Numbered from the whole stretch's first letter, positions 1 to 11,762 are shown. The stretch is DNA of 63,887 bases, filler included, from Octopus bimaculoides (GCF_001194135.2; 6 parts of 6 records of this genome joined end to end with filler, not necessarily neighbours in it), one strand, 5' to 3'. The notes: generated from the sequence alone by a model not told the origin. Program-made: numbers and translations.

Positions 1-589
1 ATAAATATAAATAAATAAATATAAATAAATAAATATATATATATATATATAAATAAATATATATATATATATAAATAAATATAATCTGTTTCTCCGGTGT
101 TGGTTTGATGGCTCAATAGGTAAAGGTGTTAGTAATTTAACTAATAACCTTGTATGAAAGTAGAGGTTTCAATCTGTATCTAGAATTATATTTTTTTATA
201 TTTTTGTATAAACGAAAAAAAAATAACAAAAAGACTTTCACCTGCTTCCCTCATCCTGACCAGGCTTGAATCCTGGACAGGATAGTTCAAAATGACCCCC
301 TCACCTGGCTCATCAACACTCACCTTTACCCACCAGTCCACCCTGCACGTTTTCTTTAATCCTGGTTCTTATTTCATCATTCTCTTTTCCCAAACCACTA
401 CATCATGAGGATGCAAACACACCAATGCTGGTTAACAAAGAGTGACTGAGACAACACACACACAACAGGCTTCTTTCAGTTTCTGTCTACCAAATCCACT
501 CACAAGTCTTTGGCCAGAAAATGACTTGTCCAAGGTGCCAAGCAGTGGGACTGAACCCAGAAAGGTTGGGAAGCAAGAATCTATATACA

Positions 590-950
590 GATACATATAG
601 ATATATATATATACATATATGAGTGTGTATATATGTATATATATATATATATGTGTGTATATATATATATGTGTATGTATGAGTATGTATGTATGTGCAT
701 GTATATATATGTATGTATGTATATATATGTATGTGTGTTTATATATATATATGTATGTGTGTTTATATATATATATGTATGTGTGTTTATATATATATAT
801 GTATGTGTGTTTATATATATATATGTATGTGTGTTTATATATATATATGTATGTGTGTTTATATATATATATGTATGTGTGTTTATATATATATATGTAT
901 GTGTGTTTATATATATGTATGTATGTATGTGTGTGTGTTTATATATGTAT
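590..950. repeat. TA/TG compound microsatellite with a 24-bp tandem unit
   Basis: GTATGTGTGTTTATATATATATAT repeated about 8 times (715-915). Confidence 0.95.
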
Positions 951-1923
951 TTATTTACATTTCATGCATGCTTCAAAAACTGACCTAGCTAGGCTGTTAG
1001 AGGTAAGTAGCATTTGCAAAGTCCACCGGATGGACTAACGAGCCAGCCAGCCAGCCAGCAATTATGGAAGCTGATGGTAGTGCAATTGGTGATGATAATG
1101 ATGATGATAGCTGCCAGTGTGATGACGATGACAACCATGCATGCACAGGTGATGAGGAGGAGGATGATGTTCATAGCCAAGAACGGGCAGAAACAATGAT
1201 AAACGGGGGGGGGGGGGATAAACTGCAGTAGTGATGACAACTTTGTAATTAGGTTCCTATCTTTCTCCATCTGCCCTTCCCAGTCATTACACTGCAGCCA
1301 TGCTGGAGCATCACCTTGAAGGGTTTTAGTCAAAATAGATAGATCCTTGAACAACAGTGATATTTACGAGGCTCGTATTTAAATTAATTACACGTAAAAG
1401 GATGAGATGTGAAGCTGATCTTAGCAGGATTGGAACTCAGAATATTAAAAGCCAGATGAAATGACATGCTAATGATTCTGTCAGCTCGATGCCTTAATAA
1501 TGATAGTAATAATAATCCGTTCTACCATACGCACAAGGCCTGGAATTTATGGGGGAGGGTATTGAAGGGGCAGTTGATTACATCCCAACCAAGCACTTAA
1601 TTTATAACTTATTTAATTGACTCTGGAAAGATGAAGGGCAAAGTTGACTTTGGTGGGATTTGAACTCAGACTGTAAAGACGGGAGAAAGGCAGCAAAGTG
1701 TTTACTCCAGTGTGCTTATGAGTTCATTTACAGGGCTCAGAGAAACTAAAGGGCTGCTGCTCTAAGTATGTGAATCTGAGAGGGGGAATATGTTGAATAA
1801 AATCATAATTAGGTGATCCTCCTGGGGGGGGGGGGGTCCACCAGAATATAATAGTCATCAAGGGGGGTCCTAGAACAAAAGCTGAGTTTCATGGCTGGAA
1901 CACCTTTAATCATAGGTCTAACG

Positions 1924-2214
1924 CAGGGGTTTTCAAACTTTTTGACTTGTAGTCCCCTTTATATTTCAGGCTTTATCTTAGGGACACCCTTATAAATGCT
2001 GAAATTTATACACAAATATTTGCTTAAAATAACATATTTTTACATTTATTTATTTAACAGTATTTAACAAATAGGTTTATTGTCAATTAAAAGATTTCGA
2101 TTAAAAAACATATATAAAATTAAATTGCCCATAAAAAGTATTTGCTGTCTATGGACCCCCTGTCTTGTCCTTGCAGACCCCCTGTGGTCCGCGGACCACA
2201 GTTGAAAACCCCTG
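1924..2214. mobile_element. hAT-type MITE, 291 bp
   Basis: TIRs CAGGGGTTTTCAAACT / AGTTGAAAACCCCTG and an exact 8-bp target duplication GTCTAACG (1916-1923, 2215-2222). Confidence 0.9.
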
Positions 2215-2370
2215 GTCTAACGAACAAGGAGAGATACATTAGATAATGTAGTCCCAGATAGACTAAGTTTGAATGGTCATAGCTAGATCTCCTTTGGGCA
2301 CGGGTCTGCTATATCAAGCCTGACCAGGAGCTAAAGAACAAGGAGAAAAAGGGACACAGCAGACAATATA

Positions 2371-2760
2371 TTTTACTTTTACTTGTTTCAGTCATTAGAC
2401 TACAGCCATGCTGGAGGACGACCTTAAAGAATGTTTATCTGAATGAATCGATTCCAACACTTTTGTTTGTTTTCAAGCCTGATACTTATTCTATCAGTTT
2501 CTTTTGCTGAACTGCTAGAATACGGAGACGTAAACACCCTGACACCATATGTCGATCAGTAGGGGGGGGGGGGGCAAACACACATATACAATTATATGAT
2601 GGCCTCCTTTCAGTTCCCATACATCAAAATTCACTCTCAGGCATTTGGTTGACCCGAGGCTATAGTAAAAGACACTTGTTCAAGGTGCCACACAGTGGGA
2701 CTGAACCTGAAACCATGTGGTCGGGATGCAGGCTCCTTACCACACAGCCACACCTGTGCC
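2371..2760 (-). mobile_element. SINE family A (tRNA-like head, CORE-like box)
   Basis: GGCTGTGTGGTAAG...GGTTCAGTCCCACTG...GGCACCTTG(G/A)ACAAGTGTC head; tail ...CCAGCATGGCT...GACTGAAACAAGTAAAAG. Confidence 0.85.
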
Positions 2761-3807
2761 TATAAAAACCAGATGTTCATGTGTGGATCATCTTTCATTG
2801 TAGGTTTGTTGGATCAGGCTTGACCTGGGGTTAAACAATAACNNNNNNNNNNNNNNNNNNNNNNNNNNNNNNNNNNNNNNNNNNNNNNNNNNNNNNNNNN
2901 NNNNNNNNNNNNNNNNNNNNNNNNNNNNNNNNNNNNNNNNNNNNNNNNNNNNNNNNNNNNNNNNNNNNNNNNNNNNNNNNNNNNNNNNNNNNNNNNNNNN
3001 NNNNNNNNNNNNNNNNNNNNNNNNNNNNNNNNNNNNNNNNNNNNNNNNNNNNNNNNNNNNNNNNNNNNNNNNNNNNNNNNNNNNNNNNNNNNNNNNNNNN
3101 NNNNNNNNNNNNNNNNNNNNNNNNNNNNNNNNNNNNNNNNNNNNNNNNNNNNNNNNNNNNNNNNNNNNNNNNNNNNNNNNNNNNNNNNNNNNNNNNNNNN
3201 NNNNNNNNNNNNNNNNNNNNNNNNNNNNNNNNNNNNNNNNNNNNNNNNNNNNNNNNNNNNNNNNNNNNNNNNNNNNNNNNNNNNNNNNNNNNNNNNNNNN
3301 NNNNNNNNNNNNNNNNNNNNNNNNNAAAAATATAATCAAAAACAGAAAGGGTTTCTGTAAACTTAGAATTAAAAAAAAAAAAACCATTTACGCTTATGCA
3401 TTTGATTTGCAAGATTCCTGATGTGAAATTATGTGTTGAAACAGATATTGTTACACTTGTTGGGGATGGTCATATTTTACCAATTAAACACACACTTTCC
3501 ATTTGATTTTCACTTAGTTTTATTGTTAACAGTAATCCCTCATCATATATTCGTGGTTCACCTATCAAGGTTTATTATTTAAACTTACATCAATTCCTCC
3601 ATGATGTTGTTTTGCAGTTATAATAAAATAGATATATACAAATTATAAAAATAATTTAAAAAAATATACAGAACTGTTTCTACTTCGAGGAATTTCACCT
3701 ATCGCGGGGGGTGGGGGGACATAACACCCACAATAGTTGAGGGATTAGTGTATTTTGTTTTTAGTTTATTTGTCTGTTGAAGTTATTTGATCAGACATCC
3801 TGTAACT

Positions 3808-4235
3808 TTATTTACATTTGACAGATATTTGTCCTCATCTTGTTGTTAACACGTTTCGGCTGATATACCCTCCAGCCTTCATCAGGTGACCAGAGGAAAT
3901 TTAGAACCTGTGTTCTCGTTCCTAAGGTATTTTTCAATGTTGTTGTTATTATTATTATTATTATATGGCGTAATGGTTAAGAGCACGGGCTACTAACCCC
4001 AAGATTCTGAGATTGATTCCAGGCATAACCTGAAATAATAACAATAATAATAATAATAATAATGTAAAATACCTTAGGAATGAGAACCCAGGTTCTAAAT
4101 TCCCCCAAGACACCTGAAGAAGGCTGGAGAGTACATCAGCCGAAACGTTGTGTTAACAACAAACAAGATGAGGACAAATATCCGTCAAATGTAAATAATG
4201 TACATAATTCCTCATCTCTTAAATATAGAACCAGA
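3808..4235. mobile_element. Inverted pair of a Penelope pseudo-LTR-like repeat around a tRNA-like segment
   Basis: 3808-3930 is the reverse complement of 4065-4200; tRNA-like GGCGTAATGGTTAAGAGC...GATTCCAGG at ~3966-4025; a 3' piece recurs at 4380-4450. Confidence 0.65.
4109..4154 (+). ncRNA. Predicted minimal type-I hammerhead ribozyme (second family)
   Basis: GACAC-CTGAAGA-A-GGCTG-gagagtacat-CAGCC-GAAA-CG-TT-GTGTT: CUGANGA and GAAA core, 5-bp stems I and II, palindromic AACGTT, GUU triplet. Confidence 0.6.
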
Positions 4236-4264
4236 CATTTATTAATTTCAAATAAGTACAAAAC

Positions 4265-4378
4265 TGTAATTTCCTTCAAACTAGGACCCTCTGGCTTCAA
4301 TGCATTTGTTGTAGTGCTTCAGCACCTCATGAAGGCCCCATGGAAATCCTCCAAAGTGAAGGTGTCCAAGACCCTTGT
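4265..4378 (-). mobile_element. Short mariner transposase C-terminal fragment
   Basis: TRVLDTFTLEDFHGAF followed, after a frameshift, by EHYNKCIEARGS: the typical mariner C-terminal helix. Confidence 0.55.
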
Positions 4379-4910
4379 CACAAGATGAGGACAAATATCC
4401 GTCAAATGTAAATAATGTACCTAATTCCTCATCTCTTAAAATATAGAACTGTATTCGGTAACTTCTTCAGCGTCTCTCTATCCCAGGCTTAGATAAGAAG
4501 AGACACACGGAACCGAGAGTCATGAAAGAGGCCACAGAATGTGGGTTGAAAGAATGCTGACAAACAGCAGTAAGCACAGGCGTGGCTGTGTGGTAAGAAA
4601 CTTGCCCAGATTTGTTGAAGCAGGCTTGCCTGCAGCCAGCAAAGAAGGTGCTTGGGGAAGAAATACAAGAGGCCTGATACGCCTATTAAATTATGTGATT
4701 TTGACTGTATGTAATTGAACTTTTAAGTGAATCTTATTGCATTCCAAAAGAACAGTGATTTCGAGGGGTTTTCGGTCAGTGGGAGCCGAATACCCCTCTC
4801 ATTTATATCATTCATATTTCATCATCTCTCATTTCGTTAATGTATGCGTCCAGCCCGCTTTGCTTCTTGCAATTCTTTGTAAGGCCTTATGGCCAATTTA
4901 ATGAAATAAA

Positions 4911-5390
4911 GAAGCTTGCTTCCCAACCAAAAGGATACAAGTTCAGTCCTACGGTGTGGCACCTTGGGCAAGTGTCTTCTACTATAGCCTCCAGCCCACC
5001 CAAAGTCTAGAGTAAATTTGGTAGATGGAAACTGAAAGAAGCCCATCATATATGTGTATGTATCTATGTGTGTCAATGTTTGTCTCCCCACCATTGCTTG
5101 ACAACCAGTATCAGTGTGTTTACGTCCCTGTAACTAAGCGGTTCAACAAAAGAGACCGGTAGAATAACTACTAAGCTTAACAGAAACAAAATAAGTCCTG
5201 GGAGTGATTCATTTGACTAAAAATTCTTCAGGGTGGTACCCCAGCATGGCCACAGTCCAATGACTGTAACAAGTAACAGATAAAAAGATAGGTAATGGGA
5301 TTGATTCGTTTGACTAAAACTTTTTCAGGACGGTGCTCCAACATGGTCACGCTCTAATGATTGAAACAAGTGAAAGACAAACTAAAAATA
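4911..5390 (+). mobile_element. SINE family A
   Basis: Same head (GGCACCTTGGGCAAGTGTCTTCTACTATAGCC) and tail. Confidence 0.85.
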
Positions 5391-6083
5391 AAGAAAAAAA
5401 AAAAAAAAAAAAAAAAAAANNNNNNNNNNNNNNNNNNNNNNNNNNNNNNNNNNNNNNNNNNNNNNNNNNNNNNNNNNNNNNNNNNNNNNNNNNNNNNNNN
5501 NNNNNNNNNNNNNNNNNNNNNNNNNNNNNNNNNNNNNNNNNNNNNNNNNNNNNNNNNNNNNNNNNNNNNNNNNNNNNNNNNNNNNNNNNNNNNNNNNNNN
5601 NNNNNNNNNNNNNNNNNNNNNNNNNNNNNNNNNNNNNNNNNNNNNNNNNNNNNNNNNNNNNNNNNNNNNNNNNNNNNNNNNNNNNNNNNNNNNNNNNNNN
5701 NNNNNNNNNNNNNNNNNNNNNNNNNNNNNNNNNNNNNNNNNNNNNNNNNNNNNNNNNNNNNNNNNNNNNNNNNNNNNNNNNNNNNNNNNNNNNNNNNNNN
5801 NNNNNNNNNNNNNNNNNNNNNNNNNNNNNNNNNNNNNNNNNNNNNNNNNNNNNNNNNNNNNNNNNNNNNNNNNNNNNNNNNNNNNNNNNNNNNNNNNNNN
5901 NNNNNNNNNNNNNNNNNNNNNNNNNNNNNNNNNNNNNNNNNNNNNNNNNNNNNNNNNNNNNNNNNNNNNNNNNNNNNNNNNNNNNNNNNNNNNNNNNNNN
6001 NNNNNNNNNNNNNNNNNNNNNNNNNNNNNNNNNNNNNNNNNNNNNNNNNNNNNNNNNNNNNNNNNNNNNNNNNNNNNNNNNNN

Positions 6084-6113
6084 TCTCCTTTTGCTCTTAG
6101 CCCTTTGCCTGTC
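6084..6113 (-). CDS. CHTOP: Tentative next CHTOP exon running into gap 5420-6083
   Basis: T-rich tract then cacacag|G ACA GGC AAA GGG CTA AGA GCA AAA GGA GA. Phase 2 fits PYM-K|TGKGLRAKG. Only 30 nt are visible and the C-terminal LDxxLDAYM repeat is not seen. Confidence 0.35.
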
Positions 6114-7229
6114 CTGTGTGTCACGTAACAATACATTATAAACAACAGCATATAAAATAAATAGCAAGTAAATGTTGGGTTTTAAAAACTCCCTTTTGGG
6201 TAGAAAGAGCAGAAGGCTGCCATATACAAGACTTGAAACACTCACAATATAAGAACAAAGATATTTTACAGTGAAAATTATGTAAAATCTCTAAAAAAAA
6301 AAAAATCTATCACAAATCTTTTGGAAACAAGCATTTAATGAAACAAACAGATTTACGTTTCTTTATCAAAGATTTTTTAATATATAATTGATGATTTTAA
6401 ATTTAAGAAAATCCTTCTTCATGAGGGCGTATATAAGATTTTTAGGGGTTCACACTATAAAATAGTAAGCTGAGGATCCACAATAGCAATTTAAGAGTCC
6501 CCTTAAAAACTTTGCTTTGGATGTATGTATTGGAACAGCTAAATTTCTTTCTCTAACATTTTACATTGTTCAACCGACAGAAGCTAATGTGTGAAAAACT
6601 AAATATAGATTTTGAAAGAAGTTTCTATAAAATTAGTTTTTAAATATCGAATGGTTATGGGGTTCGCTTGAACAAAACTGTGATCAAAGGGATCTGTAGA
6701 TGGAAAAAATGGTTGAGAAACCCTAACGTAAGTGCAGAAAAGTATACAGAGAGATCATAGCTGATGAGAACTGTCTGTCACGGATGCCAGAACTCCCACA
6801 TCATAAATGGGAAGTAGTCTAGTCACTGCATGACTGGCATACGGTAACCAGACATCCCCCACTGATTTCCAGTAAAACAAAAGCACACGATGTGGGAGTT
6901 CTGGTGCCTACGACAAATGACTGTCATCTGCTATGATCTATGTGTGTGCTTTTATGCACCAAGGACTGATATGGGAGGATCGCTCAAGGTTGTTTTAACA
7001 AGGCATCCATGTTAAGCTGGATATAATGATTACCTTTTAGTATGAATACTGCTCCTGTCACTAATAATTAATATACATATATATATTATGGTAGGGGGCT
7101 CTGAAAGGGGTCTAAGAGAGTAGCATCTCTGCCTTCCTGACTTAGTTTACCACCACATTTCTTAAATATCGTGATAGAGGCCTTGGTCTTAGGACCACTC
7201 ATGTCTAGAAACTGAGGTTGGGGGTAAGC

Positions 7230-8610
7230 AAGGGCATGCTCCCCGTAGAAAATCCAGCCACGAAAAAGCCTCATGATAATAGCAAAAGAGAATGGGCACC
7301 AGCCAGCCCAAAGGATGGGGTAGGCTGCACTTGCCTATCTGAAAAAGGAAGGTGCTAGCCCTCATCCTGGATAGCGCAAGCATGACTTGCCTCATGATGG
7401 CCGACGGCCTGAGCAGAAGCTTGGGATGAGGTTGGGAAGTTGGAATGTGGGCAGTCTGGGTAGAAGGGGAACTGAGGTGTGTGAGGAATTGAGGAAGAGG
7501 AGGGTGGATGTGTGCTGTGTGCAGGAGGTTAGGTGGAGGGGCCAGGGTGCTAGATTTGTGGGGTTCAAGGGAAGAAGGTACAAGTTGTGGTGGTCGAGAA
7601 ATAGCAAGGGGACTGGATGTGTGAGAGTTTTGGTGAAGGAAGAAATCTGTAAGAAGGAGGTAGAGGGCAGGAGAAAGAGCGACAGAGGGATGACAGTAGT
7701 GTTAGCATTTGAGGAAGAAGTGGTGAGGGTGATTTGTGGGTTAGGGTCTGCAAAGTGGAAGAGGGATCGCTGAGAAAGAGCGGTTCTTTGATGAAATGGT
7801 GAAGGAGTGGGACTTACAAAAGGTAGATGAACTGGTTTTGGGCATCAGTGATTTTAATGGACATGTTGGGAAAAGGATCCAGGGCTTTGGGGGTGTGCAT
7901 GGGGAGAAATGGAATTGGGGAGAGAAATTTGGAATGAAAGATGCTGTTGGAGTTTTGTTATGAGAAAGAGTTGTGTGTGGCAAATATGTGGTTTAGGAAA
8001 ACAGAGAAAAGGAAGGTGACTTTGAGTGCAGGAGGGAAAGAGACAGAGATTGATTCCCTGTTGGTTGGTAGGAAAAACAGGAAATATCTGAGAGATGTGA
8101 AGACAATACCAGGGGGAGTTGGAGCAGGGGTTGGTGGTTGCTGACTTGGATGAGAGGAAAGTTAAAAAGTGTGCGAGAAAGGGAACGCTTGAGAGGAGAA
8201 AAGAGTGGGAACTGAAGGAAGAAGAAACAAGAACCAAGGTCTGAGGAGTTGGTGAGCATTGATGCACCAGATTTGTAGAAGTCTTTTAAAGAAGGGCTAC
8301 TAAAGGCATATGACGAAGTGTGTGGAAGAAGAAGAGGTAGGAGAGATCGAGGGAGATATGTGGTGGTGGAATGAGGAGGTGAGAGATGCAATAGTGAGGG
8401 TGAAGGAGGCACACAAAGCTTTGTGTAATAATAGGACTGAGCAAATGAAAGCCAGGTGTAATAACATGAAGACTCATGCAAAGAGGGTGGTTGCAAGATC
8501 TATGAGGAGGGGTTGAGTGAGCCGGATGAGAACCCAGATAGAGTGGTTTAGGTTTACTAAATCAACGAAAAACGATGTTGAGGGGAGACGATGCATGAGG
8601 GAGAGTGATG
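7230..8610 (+). mobile_element. Degenerate RTE-clade LINE, 5' region and AP-endonuclease domain
   Basis: LGSWNVGSL...VDVCCVQEVRWRGQGAR...YKLWWS (ORF 7387-7773), ISDFNGHVG and WWWNEEV motifs in shifted frames; several stops and frameshifts. Confidence 0.9.
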
Positions 8611-9377
8611 GAAGGTCGAATTTTCCATTACTGCTTCACATAACGACTTAAATTTGTTCCTGCCCTGATAGCCAACACACACAAATCAGTAAATAGTATT
8701 TACTAATCTTTTATAAAGTGGGAGCTTTCCAGTCAGCTCAGAATTGCCTCTCTCGGTTATCTGGTGGTATTGAGGACAGTTAAGCTAGCTAGAAATGCAT
8801 TTATCAGTCCACAGAGCGCACTGTAAGCTGACAATGGTTTTCTTATATCTTTTTACCTAAAGCCTGACCTAAAGTTCATATATATTATATATATATGAAA
8901 TTAAAATATATAGAATTCTAAAATACCTTTTTGCTTCTTTTAAATGATCAAACTTTTTACAACATATTTCATCTAAAGCTTCTTTAAATGTCAGTTGATT
9001 ATTATATTTCAACGTAATCCATCTCAGTTTTGACTAAATTTCATCTCGAGACCATTGCTCCAGCTTGAGGTTGGATTGACCTGACCTGATCCCTAATGCT
9101 ACCTTCTACACTACCACACCAATCCAGTTATTCCAGTTAATAAGCTTTGAGAGTTATCCTCCCCATAACCACGGTGACAGAGTAATCGTAAAATTAGAAA
9201 TTGAAAAAAAAATATATAAAATAAAATAAATAGACAAATACTAAATAAAAAGGAGCAGAAAAAGAAAGAAAACAAAGACAGACAGAACAAAATGGTAAGT
9301 GATAAATGTATTCATAAAATATAAAGAAAATATATATGTACACATGTGTATGTGTGTGTATATACACACACGCGTAT

Positions 9378-9755
9378 ATAGCATTCTGTATATCCTACAT
9401 AATGGGGATGTACTGCAGTTACAACACTGTAGTATTCATCTTGAGAAAACACCCCGTACAGACATATGGTGCTAAAAAGCAAAGAAATATCAACAGAGGA
9501 TGAAAAGCAACCAGCAGTGACAGTGGAATTGCAATGATAATGGATACTTGCAACCAATGATGTGGATGTATGCCGAAATCCTAGAAATAGCAACTCAACC
9601 ACCAAACACTGCTGAATGCTTCTTGTTTGTTACCAATACGTTTCTATACTTTCCAGCACTCTATGCCTATACAAGATGCTTTCTCAAGGCAAATACTGGT
9701 ATGTTATGGATTTCTTACAGCATACCTGCATTAAGTATGATATACAGAATGCTAT
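9378..9755 (-). other. Long imperfect hairpin with sense-strand G.U bias
   Basis: Arms ~9378-9553 and ~9569-9755. In the 60-bp core 9431-9490 vs 9638-9697: 43 Watson-Crick plus 12 G.U pairs on the minus strand. Confidence 0.8.
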
Positions 9756-10544
9756 TCTGAACTAACAGTGCTTCCATCACTAATATATATATATATATAC
9801 ATTAGGCAGAAGCATTAACTCTTAACTCTCTATAAACAAATCAATAAATGAAAATAAAAACAAGGAAAAACAAGATGAAAATATGAAGACTGATATAATA
9901 GTTTGTGTGTAAATATACATGCATTCGTAAATTTATGTGTCCATAGATGTTTATACACACACACAGACGTGCTATGAAGAGTATAAGATTAGTGCCATGT
10001 TTTATTTTGAATGATGGTGTCGTGTAACTAGCACCCGTATCCAGTGGCACATAAAATGCACCTTTCAAGCATTGGGCCTCACAGCTGTGGAGACAACCGA
10101 AAGAAGCATTTGACCCAGACTGCCTTCTTCCAACTGCTAAATATGGAGGCGGATCTGTGGGGCTATATCTTGGAAATCTGCCAGCCCAATGGTTTCCCTT
10201 CATGGCAAAATTAATAGTGAAGACTATTTAAGCATTTTATCTGATCAAATTCATCCTAGTAGAGTTAAATTTTAGGTTCCTTTATATTTTATATTTTAGA
10301 CTTTACAATATTCATGCTTATTTACGCATAAAGTTTTATACGCATATATATTCGCACATATATTTATCTATATTCAGATTTTTATATATATTGATATTTA
10401 TATTTCGTATATTTATGTTTTAAATTTATTATGTTGCCGTGCCATGTTGGATGTATGTCTTTCAAAATATTAAAAATAAATATTGATTTCCTGAGTATAT
10501 TATCGATGAGTTTATGAATTTATTAATAATATAAGAACACATAT

Positions 10545-10582
<38 letters not shown>

Positions 10583-10974
10583 ATGTATAAACACATGTTC
10601 ATAAACGTGTGTGTATGAGTGGTGCTGGTGCCACATGAAAAGTACCCGTGCTAGTGCTACATAAAGAGCACTAGTACATTCTATAAAATGGTTGGCATTA
10701 GGAAGGGTATCCACCTGCAGAAACAGTGCCAAAACAGACGACTGTGGAACCAAGTGCAGCCCTCTGGCTTGCCAACTATTTGTCAAACTGTCCAATCCAT
10801 GCCAGCATGGAAAACAGACATTAAATGATGATGATGATGATGATAATGAATTTACACTTTATATTTGGGCCAAAAGCATATACACAACATATTATACAAA
10901 CACACACACACATATATATATAAAGTAATTTACAGCAACAACAATACGAGCAGCAAAAAGAGGGCCACACTTAC

Positions 10975-11089
10975 TTCATATAGGGTCCACCACTCATGTT
11001 TCCTCCGCCTCCTCCAGGGCCCATGCCTCGGCCACCACCACGGAACCTCTGACGGCCTCCACGGAATCTCCCACTACTGCCTCCACGAC
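10975..11089 (-). CDS. CHTOP: CHTOP exon, RGG/GAR-rich region
   Basis: Acceptor gtctgttgcag|, 115 nt, phase 1 to 2, donor AA|GTAAGT. Translates (G)RGGSSGRFRGGRQRFRGGGRGMGPGGGGGNMSGGPYM. Phase matches the previous exon. Confidence 0.85.
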
Positions 11090-11237
11090 CTGCAACAGAC
11101 AAGTAGGGTTGGTGCTGTTCTAATTTGTTACTGGGTGCATTAAGTATAGAAATGTGTGGCTGACTGTGAACAGGTGTGTAACTGATGGCTAGCAAATATG
11201 TGTGCAAATTAAATTGAGCTTTACAGAGTGAAATATA

Positions 11238-11467
11238 TATAAATATATAGTTTTAGGGAAAAGAAGCAAGGTTCATGAACTCATCGATGAAAATCCACTG
11301 TCACATAGAAAAATTAATAATTAAAAGCACAATAAATGAGTATAATATATTACAAAGTAAATATAAGATATTGTGCTTTTAATTATTAATTTTTCTATAT
11401 GTGACAGTGGATTTTCATCGATGAGTTCATGAACCTTGGTTCTTTTCCCTAAAACTATATATTTATA
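11238..11467. repeat. Near-perfect 97-bp inverted repeat (fold-back)
   Basis: Arms 11238-11334 and 11369-11467; one mismatch, one 2-nt bulge, 34-nt spacer. Confidence 0.95.
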
Positions 11468-11477
11468 AATAGAGATA

Positions 11478-11716
11478 TTAATATTTCTAAGTCTCTCTTA
11501 AGGAGACTATGGCAGCGGTACTGGATATTAATAGTTATCGCCAAGCCAACATGGCAGTCCCAAAATTAGGACGAATGCTGCCGTGAATTAGCTCCAAGAA
11601 GCCATCGCCTCTAGCTAGCTATGTGACACACAAAGCCTGTGTCCTTTATAACCTTCGAACAGGGGAGGTCAGCTGCTTCCCCTTGCTGGTTTGGCATCTG
11701 CAGACTAGACTAGTTT
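11478..11716 (-). mobile_element. Truncated copy of the hammerhead-bearing repeat in a CHTOP intron
   Basis: Colinear with 27921-28140; ends within the ribozyme, keeping only AAACTAGTC. Confidence 0.8.
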
Positions 11717-11725
11717 ATATATTTT

Positions 11726-11761
<36 letters not shown>

Positions 11762-11762
<1 letters not shown>

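Noticed and set aside
324-400. Strong minus-strand donor AAAG|GTGAGT with a short open frame (GLGKENDEIRTRIKENVQGGLVGK)
   Set aside because: Poor acceptor, no CHTOP similarity, and it abuts a SINE remnant.
619-1354. YIYI/CVCV and acidic ORFs
   Set aside because: Translations of TA/TG and degenerate GAT microsatellites. The same applies to the many HTHT, IIII and X-filled ORFs in the track.
4815-4890. Minus-strand LTKNCKKQSGLDAYINEMRDDEI*, resembling CHTOP's C-terminal LDAY motif
   Set aside because: There is an in-frame stop just upstream, no acceptor, and only one LDAY; it sits beside SINE sequence.
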